Assembly (NCBI GenBank): GCA_947498415.1
Contig: CANMKB010000007.1
Location: 9,393-73,392, forward strand
Direction: 5' to 3'
DNA: 64,000 nucleotides
Origin: an uncultured Rhodobacteraceae bacterium
GTDB lineage: Bacteria; Pseudomonadota; Alphaproteobacteria; Rhodobacterales; Rhodobacteraceae
Made by a program: the position numbers and the translations under genes. This document shows positions 56,795 through 64,000 of this stretch, in pieces. Below the pieces are notes generated by a model. That model saw nothing but the letters and a program-made list of their open reading frames with translations, was not told the DNA's origin and searched no databases. Every line of letters begins with the position of its first letter. Position 1 is the stretch's first letter.

Positions 56795-58248
56795 ATCGTT
56801 TTAGCCTGAGTTAGAGCCTGTTTTCGTCTCTCTTCGCTTGCTGCGAGTGGAAACACTTTAGCGGCGTTTAGCAGCCATTTCGGATCAAACACGTCCTTTA
56901 CCGACATCTGAATATCCAGATCATCGGGGGAGTATTGATCGCTCATAAGATCGCGTTTTTCGATCCCGACACCATGCTCACCCGTAAGACACCCACCAAC
57001 CTCAACGCAAAGCCGCAAGATATCCGCACCCATCGCTTCACACTTTTCTAAATCGCCCGGCTTATTGGCATCAAACAAGATCAGAGGGTGCATATTCCCG
57101 TCACCGGCATGAAAGACATTGCCCACCTGAAGCCCGTATTCCTCGCCAATTTCGGAAATTCGGCTTAGCACTTTGGGCAATTGGCTTACGGGGATCGTGC
57201 CATCAAGGCACATGTAGTCATTGATCTGCCCCATCGCGCCAAAAGCGGATTTGCGACCAAGCCAAATCTTAGCGCTTTCTTCGGCAGAGCTACTTTGTCG
57301 AATTTCGATCGGATGATGCCTCTGTGCAATTTCGGAAATTCGTGCAAGCTGCGCATCAATTTCAGCATGGCTGCCTTCGACTTCCACGATCAAAAGCGCT
57401 TCGCAATCAGGATACCCTGCCTTTGCATGATTTTCGCAGGCCTGAATGCACAGACGGTCCATAAATTCGATGGCAACAGGTAGAATCCCAGCTTTGATCA
57501 CATCACTCACACAGGCGCCTGCAGACAAAACGTCATCAAACGCCATCAAGACTGGACGTGCGCCCTCAGGTTTGGGGAGGATACGTAGCGTTGCCTCTGT
57601 CACGATCCCAAGCTGACCTTCTGACCCACAAATTAGTCCAAGTAGATCAAGACCTGCGGCATCCATCATCGGGCCGCCAATTTCCGTAACTTCGCCCTGC
57701 ATCGTGACCAAGGTCACACCCAGCAGGTTGTTTGTTGTCACTCCGTATTTCAGACAATGCGCCCCGCCCGAGTTCATGGCGATATTGCCCGCAATCGCGC
57801 AAGCAAGCTGCGAACTGGGATCAGGCGCGTAGAAAAAGCCGTTTTGCTCAACAGCGCCCGTTACGCTTAGATTTGTTCGGCCGGTCTGAACGCGGATGAA
57901 ACGATTGCTATAATCCGTTTCCAACACAGCGTTTAGCTTCGCGACACCAAGAATAATCGCATCTTCGGTGGGCATCGCCCCCCCAGCCAGGCTGGTACCT
58001 GCGCCTCTGGGTACAACCGGCACACTTTCGGCGTGACAGTAGTTTAAGATCGCAGCGACCTGTTCAGTGGTTTCGGGCAGCACGACCGCCAAAGGTGGGC
58101 ATCGATAGGCCGTGAGGGCGTCACATTCATAGGCATATACCTCATGAGGGGAATCGATCACCGCATCTGCAGGCAACAGGTTACGTAAATCGGAGACAAT
58201 TTCCGCTTTGCGTTCAATCACACGCGTATCTGGCTTTGGTAATTCCAT
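56791..58248 (-). CDS. glcD: Glycolate oxidase subunit D
   Basis: RGAGTSLAGG, PDPSSQ, HCLKYG, FHAGDGNMHP, GEHGVG. Confidence 0.93.
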   Translation of the reverse strand: MELPKPDTRVIERKAEIVSDLRNLLPADAVIDSPHEVYAYECDALTAYRCPPLAVVLPETTEQVAAILNYCHAESVPVVPRGAGTSLAGGAMPTEDAIILGVAKLNAVLETDYSNRFIRVQTGRTNLSVTGAVEQNGFFYAPDPSSQLACAIAGNIAMNSGGAHCLKYGVTTNNLLGVTLVTMQGEVTEIGGPMMDAAGLDLLGLICGSEGQLGIVTEATLRILPKPEGARPVLMAFDDVLSAGACVSDVIKAGILPVAIEFMDRLCIQACENHAKAGYPDCEALLIVEVEGSHAEIDAQLARISEIAQRHHPIEIRQSSSAEESAKIWLGRKSAFGAMGQINDYMCLDGTIPVSQLPKVLSRISEIGEEYGLQVGNVFHAGDGNMHPLILFDANKPGDLEKCEAMGADILRLCVEVGGCLTGEHGVGIEKRDLMSDQYSPDDLDIQMSVKDVFDPKWLLNAAKVFPLAASEERRKQALTQAKTI

Positions 58249-58264
58249 AGCTTCACCCTTAATT

Positions 58265-58285
58265 TTGGTAAGTTAATATAACCAA
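58265..58285. promoter_or_regulatory. Inverted repeat between glcD and DUF599, candidate GntR/GlcC-type operator
   Basis: TTGGT-N11-ACCAA in an AT-rich divergent promoter. Confidence 0.45.
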
Positions 58286-58330
58286 TTTATGCGGCTGACA
58301 AGAGGAGGTCTTCGACAGTAGTGTGGCGCC

Positions 58331-59029
58331 ATGGAATGGATTGATCGAATTTCGCTATTTTCCACATTTGATTATGTGGCTGTCTCAATCCTTTTTTTAG
58401 GCTGGTTGGTCATGGGATGGATTGTTGAAAACCCACCCAAGTCCAGACCGTCCGTTTCGGTTCTGATGGTGTTTTATCGTCAAGAATGGATGCGACAGTT
58501 CATCTTGCGCGACCCCAGAATTTTTGACGCGCAAATCCTAAACAACCTACGTCAGGGCACCGCCTTTTTTGCATCTGCCTCTATGCTTGCCATCGGCGGG
58601 GGACTTGCGCTTATCGGCAATGCAGAACGGCTTACAGGTGTGGCGTCTGATCTAACGCTCGTCAGCGCACCGACAATTGTGTGGGAAATCAAACTGATCG
58701 TCATGCTCTTCTTTGTGGTCAATGCGTTCCTAAAATTCGTATGGGCAAACCGGCTATTTGGATACACAGCTGTGGTTATGTCTGCAGTCCCCGTCGATCC
58801 GACTGATAAACACTGTGAAATTCGCGCCGACAAAGCTGCCGAGATTAACATCGCCGCCGCACGCGGGTTCAATCGAGGCCTACGTTCCGTCTATTTTGGA
58901 TTGGCAGCTGCGGCTTGGCTTGCAGGGGCTATGGGTTTGCTCGCAGCAACCGCTCTCACAATTTTCATCGTATGGCGCCGCGAATTTGCGAGCCTCTCAC
59001 GCGAAGCTTTGCTACGAACACCTCATTAG
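58331..59029 (+). CDS. DUF599 family membrane protein
   Basis: R..WMRQF..RDPRIFD, FFASAS, FLKFVWA.RLF, FNRGLRSVYF, RREFAS. Confidence 0.87.
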   Translation: MEWIDRISLFSTFDYVAVSILFLGWLVMGWIVENPPKSRPSVSVLMVFYRQEWMRQFILRDPRIFDAQILNNLRQGTAFFASASMLAIGGGLALIGNAERLTGVASDLTLVSAPTIVWEIKLIVMLFFVVNAFLKFVWANRLFGYTAVVMSAVPVDPTDKHCEIRADKAAEINIAAARGFNRGLRSVYFGLAAAAWLAGAMGLLAATALTIFIVWRREFASLSREALLRTPH

Positions 59030-59042
59030 TGGAGGAATTCAA

Positions 59043-59393
59043 ATGTTGCGATCCATGAGTATAGCCTTGCTGGCTGCAACTACAGCGGCGGCTGATCCTG
59101 CCGTTGTAGAGGATGTCACAGCAAAACAAAGTGGGACGTCTTGGACGTTTTCAGTCACCCTAAGTCACGCCGACACTGGGTGGGACGATTACGCCGACGG
59201 TTGGCGTGTTTTGGATATGCAGGGCAACGAAATTGCCACACGTGTTCTGGCCCACCCTCATGTAAACGAACAGCCCTTCACACGGAGCCTATCGGGTATC
59301 GTGCTGCCTGAGGGCACGCACCAAGTGCACATCATTGCAAGTGAATCCAAAGGGGGCTGGTCAAGCACAGCCTATCTTTATGAGCTGAACTAA
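59043..59393 (+). CDS. Conserved small secreted protein, beta-rich, function unknown
   Basis: Signal peptide; FSVTLSH.DTGWDDYADGWRV and R.LAHPHVNEQPFTRSL motifs. Start trimmed to ATG 59043. Confidence 0.7.
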   Translation: MLRSMSIALLAATTAAADPAVVEDVTAKQSGTSWTFSVTLSHADTGWDDYADGWRVLDMQGNEIATRVLAHPHVNEQPFTRSLSGIVLPEGTHQVHIIASESKGGWSSTAYLYELN

Positions 59394-59866
59394 ACGCGGT
59401 GATATGGCGTGCCCGCAGCGATAGACGCGGCGCGATAGAGTTGCTCTGACAACATCACGCGCACCATCATATGCGGCCAAACCATTTGACCAAAGCTAAG
59501 TGACATGTCCGCCTTTGCGCGGAGTGATGGGTCAATACCGTCAGCCCCACCGATCACAAAGGCCAAATCATTCACGCCGGAATCACGCCTTTGGCAGAGT
59601 TTTTTAGAAAATTGCGGTGACGACATCAGCGTGCCGCGCTCATCAAGCGTGCATATCATCGCGCCTTTGGGAATAGCCCCTTGTAGCAAAGGGGCCTCAG
59701 CAGACATCCCACCGCCTTTGCGATCTTCGACTTCAATGATCCGCGCAGGCCCAAGGCCCAGCGCACGTCCAGTTTTGTCGAAGCGAGACAGATAATCATC
59801 GATCAAATCTCGTTCCGGGCCAGAGCGAAGCCGCCCTACCGCGCAAATGTGAACTCGCAACGCCAT
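59390..59866 (-). CDS. rlmH: 23S rRNA pseudouridine-1915 N3-methyltransferase
   Basis: LDERG, FVIGGADG, WPHMMVRVML.EQLYRA, PYHR. Confidence 0.95.
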   Translation of the reverse strand: MALRVHICAVGRLRSGPERDLIDDYLSRFDKTGRALGLGPARIIEVEDRKGGGMSAEAPLLQGAIPKGAMICTLDERGTLMSSPQFSKKLCQRRDSGVNDLAFVIGGADGIDPSLRAKADMSLSFGQMVWPHMMVRVMLSEQLYRAASIAAGTPYHRV

Positions 59867-59898
59867 GTCTTACCAGAGCCAGATTGGCTCTGCCCTCG

Positions 59899-60315
59899 TT
59901 AAGCGCTTCCGCCTTGCTGCCACATTTTTTCGAGTTGATAAAACTCGCGTACTTCTGGGCGGAAAACATGAACGATCACATCACCCGTGTCGATCAGCAC
60001 CCAATCGCCGGTGTCCTTACCTTCGATCTTGCTGGTCCGGCCGGTCGCTTTCTTGACCCGCTCCACCACCTTCTCTGACATTGCCGCCACCTGACGAGAC
60101 GAACGACCTGAACAGATCACCATATAGTCGCCAATCGAAGAACGCCCGCGCAGGTCAACCTGCACAACTTCTTCGGCTTTGTCGCTTTCAAGAGAATTCA
60201 AGATGAGCTCTAGCAGCTCAGGTCCACCAACATCACCCTGGGGCACGTCTGGCATTTGGTCACCTTCTGCGACGCTTGTCGCATCCATATTTAGAGACAG
60301 AGATCTGCCCTCCAT
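59899..60315 (-). CDS. rsfS: Ribosome silencing factor
   Basis: LESDKAEE, DYMVICSGRSSRQV, DWVLIDTGDVIVHVF..EVREFYQLEKMW. Start uncertain. Confidence 0.92.
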   Translation of the reverse strand: MEGRSLSLNMDATSVAEGDQMPDVPQGDVGGPELLELILNSLESDKAEEVVQVDLRGRSSIGDYMVICSGRSSRQVAAMSEKVVERVKKATGRTSKIEGKDTGDWVLIDTGDVIVHVFRPEVREFYQLEKMWQQGGSA

Positions 60316-60397
60316 TCAACGCGCCGTCATGCCCCGGCGCAGGGCCTAATTTCAGAATAGCATTCGTTCTATGAAAATCCAATGAAACGCAAGCGGA

Positions 60398-60829
60398 ATG
60401 CAACGTTTCAAAGGTATTTCACGCACACTGTGCTTTGATCACGGATGTTTCCCCCGCTTAGGCATGCTTACAAACACTCAGTTCTTGTTCAGGCTTACCG
60501 AGCAAACGTCGCCATCCCATTCGATCAAAAACTGTCTGGAACCCGTTTTCACGGTTTTCCCGAAGTGCAATTGTCGCCCGCTCGGCTTGATTGTGACGTA
60601 TTATGCGCTTTGGCAAATGCAAGCGTTGTTCGGCCTCTACAGATCCGGCGATACATTAACCGCCGGCTGCGCCAAGCGAATACTGAAAATAGGACAGGGT
60701 ATTATAATGGTTGGCGTTGTGAGCTTCGTTTCAAAGACGCTTGCCGTTCTTGGCATAACGATGGGTAATCCGCCCGGGCAGCGCATCCTTTTGATCAGCT
60801 TTGGAGACGGGGATGTGGGCTTTGTCTGA
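60398..60829 (+). pseudogene. Degraded DUF2975-like membrane protein
   Basis: Mid-region YALWQM..LF.LY..G..LT and NPPGQR..ISFG are recognisable, but the N-terminus is incoherent in every frame and the last TM helix is missing. Confidence 0.6.
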
Positions 60830-60966
60830 TGGAAATTATTATGCGCCTCGATGTCATGATGGCGATGCGGAAGGTGAAGAGGATCAGATTTGAGACCCTC
60901 GCAAAGATCTGTGACGTCTTAGAGTGTCAACCGGGCGACTTGTTAGAGGCATCAAAAGAAGATTGA
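60829..60966 (+). pseudogene. YozG-like XRE regulator lacking its HTH core (45 aa)
   Basis: MEIIMRLDVMMAMRK|VKRIRFETLAKICDVLECQPGDLLE: both family ends are present but the central ~24 aa are absent. TGATG-coupled to the DUF2975-like gene. Confidence 0.7.
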
Positions 60967-62330
60967 TCCGCCTCAAGTAACCGCACTTCTCGCTGTGGGA
61001 ATGGGAAGTTGATGTCGGCCTCTTTAAACGCATCCCAAAGCGCGAGGTATACATTCCCCCGGATGTTGGTCAGCCCGCCGGTTGGATCTTTGATCCAAAA
61101 TCGTAGAATGTAATCAACCGAACTGTCGCCAAAGCCAACCACGTGACACACAGGCGCTTTCGGAGACGACAGCACCCGCTCCACCGATTGCGCTGCTTCG
61201 ATCGCGACACGACGTACTAAATGTGGATCGTCCGCATAAGCCGTGCCAAAAAAGATATCGAGCCGCACAAAGTCATTGGAATGCGACCAGTTCACCACCT
61301 GCCCAGTGATCAAATCCTCGTTCGGGATCAGGTATTCTTTCCCGTCTCGTGTAACAACGCTGACATAGCGTGCGCCCAACGAATTGATCCAACCAAAGGT
61401 TTCGCCGAGCGAGATGACATCGCCGGGCTTGATGGATTTGTCCAGCAGGATGATCACCCCGGACACAAGGTTTGAAACAACCTTTTGTAGACCAAAACCA
61501 AGGCCAACACCGATTGCACCAGATAGGACTGCCAAACCAGTGAGATCAATTCCAACGATCCGCATCCCGATAAAAAAGGCAGCGCCGTATAGAACCACCT
61601 GCAAACACTTGATTACCAAGACCTGCATCGAGGGGCTGATATCTTGGTTCTTACGAATGCTTGCTGATGTGGAACCAGAAACAAAACGCGCCACCGCAAA
61701 CGTAACGCCCAACATCACCGCCCCTTGCAAGAGCGTCCAAAGGGATAGTCGCACACTGCCAAGATTGAGAGCCGCAGAATCCATCAACTGGCGAATTTCC
61801 TCGCCCACGCCGATCAGGGCCAGAGTCACCCAAATCCAGGCACCATACCGCAGCACGCCGCGCAATAGAGAGTTGTGAACCAAGCGTGTCACAAGCGCGA
61901 TCAGCAGCCATGCTGTCGCCAGGTTTGCAAAAATGCCCAGCATGTACGATCGGCTGGGCCACGTCACTTCGCGCATGACAATCACAGCGATCCAGATCAA
62001 CACCGCAAAGAAAATCAGCGCCAGACGTTTTTGCAGCAACAGCATGTAGCGATAGCGCCATTTTGGCCATCCCTCACGCGTGCGCATCCAATTGTGCAGC
62101 TTAGGGCCAAACAGACGCGACAATCCAAAGGCTACACCCAATAGACCTATGGCAATAAACACCTGATAGGCATTCCATGGTCGCAGCAATCCTTGGCCAA
62201 ATTCAAACAACTGATCCCACAAGCTCAGCGCAATTTCCTGAGTCGCGGCTTCTGTTTCGGCGCCACCTTCGGCTTGGGCGACGCCGCCTGTGGTGTCTTG
62301 GTTTTCTAGCTTTGTGGTGTCTTCTTCCAT
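60927..62330 (-). CDS. MscS-family mechanosensitive channel
   Basis: SGAIGVGLGFGLQKVVSNLVSG, KPGDVI, LIPNEDL, FGDSSV, FPFPQRE. Confidence 0.9.
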   Translation of the reverse strand: MEEDTTKLENQDTTGGVAQAEGGAETEAATQEIALSLWDQLFEFGQGLLRPWNAYQVFIAIGLLGVAFGLSRLFGPKLHNWMRTREGWPKWRYRYMLLLQKRLALIFFAVLIWIAVIVMREVTWPSRSYMLGIFANLATAWLLIALVTRLVHNSLLRGVLRYGAWIWVTLALIGVGEEIRQLMDSAALNLGSVRLSLWTLLQGAVMLGVTFAVARFVSGSTSASIRKNQDISPSMQVLVIKCLQVVLYGAAFFIGMRIVGIDLTGLAVLSGAIGVGLGFGLQKVVSNLVSGVIILLDKSIKPGDVISLGETFGWINSLGARYVSVVTRDGKEYLIPNEDLITGQVVNWSHSNDFVRLDIFFGTAYADDPHLVRRVAIEAAQSVERVLSSPKAPVCHVVGFGDSSVDYILRFWIKDPTGGLTNIRGNVYLALWDAFKEADINFPFPQREVRLLEADQSSFDASNKSPG

Positions 62331-62584
62331 AGGCGCCCTTTGATTTAAGGCAGCGTGACACGACCCACGGCCTTAAAACAAGCCATTTCCCTTGCGAGTA
62401 CGAACGACTCCGGCTATTTGGGCAGTCATGAAACGCATCCATGACATTGACGACCGCGCCTTTTTACCTTGGCGTTTCTTTGGTCAGTCGAAATCTGTCA
62501 TAGCCGCCCTATAAGGGCCCGGCGTGCTTTCGCACGCCCGTATTGCAGCCACACCGCCAATTTCATCAATACGGAGAGGACCCC

Positions 62585-63988
62585 ATGTCCCCCAAAACAC
62601 TCTATGATAAAATCTGGGACGCACATGTCGCCCACGAAGCCGAAGACGGCACTTGCTTGCTGTACATCGACCGTCACCTTGTTCACGAAGTGACGTCACC
62701 GCAGGCCTTTGAAGGGCTGCGCATGACAGGTCGCAAGGTACGTGCGCCAGAAAAAACCATTGCTGTGCCTGACCACAACGTGCCAACCACGTTGGATCGT
62801 GCCAAAGGCATCGACAACGAAGAAAGCCGCATTCAGGTTGAAGCGCTGGACAAAAACGCCAAAGAGTTTGGCGTACACTACTATCCAGTGTCTGACGTTC
62901 GTCAGGGCATCGTGCACATCGTTGGCCCAGAGCAAGGTTGGACTCTGCCAGGTATGACCGTCGTTTGTGGTGACAGCCACACAGCTACTCACGGGGCGTT
63001 TGGCGCTTTGGCGCACGGCATCGGGACTTCTGAAGTGGAACACGTTCTGGCGACCCAGACTTTGATCCAGAAGAAATCCAAAAATATGAAGGTCGAAATC
63101 ACGGGCAAACTGAACCCGGGTGTGACCGCGAAAGACATCACACTTGCCGTCATCGGTGAAACAGGTACCGCTGGCGGTACAGGTTATGTGATCGAATACA
63201 CCGGCGAAGCCATTCGCAACCTGTCTATGGAAGGTCGTATGACCGTCTGTAACATGGCCATCGAAGGCGGTGCCCGCGCTGGTTTGATCGCACCTGATGA
63301 AACCACATTCGAATATGTCAAAGGTCGCCCACACGCACCTAAAGGCGGTCAGTTTGAACAGGCTTTGGAATATTGGAAAACTCTGTTCACCGACGAAGGC
63401 GCAGAATTTGACAAAATCATCACCCTCAAGGGCGAAGATATCCAGCCAGTTGTAACTTGGGGCACCTCTCCTGAGGATGTTCTGCCGATCACTGGCGTTG
63501 TGCCAAACCCAGAAGATTTCGAGGGCGGCAAAGTCGAAGCGGCACGTCGCTCGATCGAATACATGGGCCTGACACCGGGTCAGAAGCTGACTGACATTGA
63601 AATCGACACTGTCTTTATCGGGTCCTGCACCAATGGCCGTATCGAAGATTTCCGCGCTGTGGCCGAAGTGGTCAAAGGTAAGAAGATCAAAGACGGTATG
63701 CGTGCGATGATCGTGCCTGGCTCTGGTCTGGTTCGTGCTCAAGCCGAAGAAGAAGGTCTTGCTGACATCTTCAGAGACGCTGGTTTCGAATGGCGCCTTG
63801 CTGGGTGTTCCATGTGTTTGGCCATGAACCCAGATCAACTGTCCGAGGGCGAGCGTTGCGCTGCGACGTCTAACCGGAACTTCGAAGGTCGTCAGGGATA
63901 CAAAGGGCGTACGCACCTTGTTTCACCAGCTATGGCAGCTGCCGCTGCATTGACTGGCAAACTCACTGACATCCGCGATTTGCTGTAA
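62585..63988 (+). CDS. leuC: 3-isopropylmalate dehydratase large subunit
   Basis: [42 protein letters not shown]. Start trimmed to ATG 62585 after a GGAGAGG SD. Confidence 0.97.
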   Translation: MSPKTLYDKIWDAHVAHEAEDGTCLLYIDRHLVHEVTSPQAFEGLRMTGRKVRAPEKTIAVPDHNVPTTLDRAKGIDNEESRIQVEALDKNAKEFGVHYYPVSDVRQGIVHIVGPEQGWTLPGMTVVCGDSHTATHGAFGALAHGIGTSEVEHVLATQTLIQKKSKNMKVEITGKLNPGVTAKDITLAVIGETGTAGGTGYVIEYTGEAIRNLSMEGRMTVCNMAIEGGARAGLIAPDETTFEYVKGRPHAPKGGQFEQALEYWKTLFTDEGAEFDKIITLKGEDIQPVVTWGTSPEDVLPITGVVPNPEDFEGGKVEAARRSIEYMGLTPGQKLTDIEIDTVFIGSCTNGRIEDFRAVAEVVKGKKIKDGMRAMIVPGSGLVRAQAEEEGLADIFRDAGFEWRLAGCSMCLAMNPDQLSEGERCAATSNRNFEGRQGYKGRTHLVSPAMAAAAALTGKLTDIRDLL

Positions 63989-64000
63989 GGACCCCGACAA

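Noticed and set aside
62428-62514. Possible leucine attenuator peptide upstream of leuC
   Set aside because: The short ORFs (MKRIHDIDD.., MTLTTAPF..) have no Leu run, and I see no clear terminator/antiterminator pair.
62696-63916. 406-aa antisense ORF opposite leuC (similar long ones at 41168-42319, 6529-7257, 45769-46422)
   Set aside because: Shadow frames of well-supported genes with biased codon usage; no recognisable motifs.
1-64000. CRISPR arrays, tRNA/rRNA genes, IS elements, integrases, prophage or defence systems
   Set aside because: No regularly spaced direct repeats, RNA-gene signatures, or transposase/integrase/phage motifs were seen by eye; almost all long ORFs have housekeeping assignments.

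Overview
Chromosomal, mostly core-metabolism window from a Roseobacter-group alphaproteobacterium (Rhodobacterales). The assignment rests on gene content and order: etfA-hbd, the chvIG-hprK-rapZ-EIIA-HPr/pckA block, and tauR-xsc-pta-soeABC. Blocks in order: the 3' end of etfA, DUF6473, hbd and an acyltransferase; the PTS/ChvIG/pckA block; a TPP-riboswitch thiamine operon (thiD-O-S-G-E-F, ThiY/Z/X-type transporter, two different TenA paralogs, no thiC); DUF1045 plus an orphan phnM with Pho-box-like sites; an RNA methyltransferase; bioBFDAGC with bioR and a perfect BioR box; a deacetylase and glk; an orphan hemP with two iron-box palindromes; a full taurine cluster (tauABC, tpa, GNAT, tauR, xsc, pta, tauZ, soeABC); an unannotated 35-aa ORF with its own terminator; DUF1523; a bacterial Nav channel; DmpA; a Pho-boxed phytase-like protein; a YegD-like Hsp70; ibpA with an RpoH promoter and ROSE-like hairpin; two trypsin-like proteases; glcDEF; DUF599; rlmH/rsfS; a decayed DUF2975/XRE pair; mscS; leuC. 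I saw no CRISPR array, rRNA, tRNA, transposase or prophage. I cannot support a large new system here. The best leads are (1) a circularly permuted cadherin/Ig-like repeat inserted in the TauC permease, (2) the 35-aa ORF with a CtrA-like box and dedicated terminator, (3) Pho boxes tying the orphan DUF1045-phnM pair and the phytase-like protein to phosphate starvation, and (4) two apparent microhomology deletions in the DUF2975/XRE pair. All family assignments come from motif recognition by eye; no searches were run.
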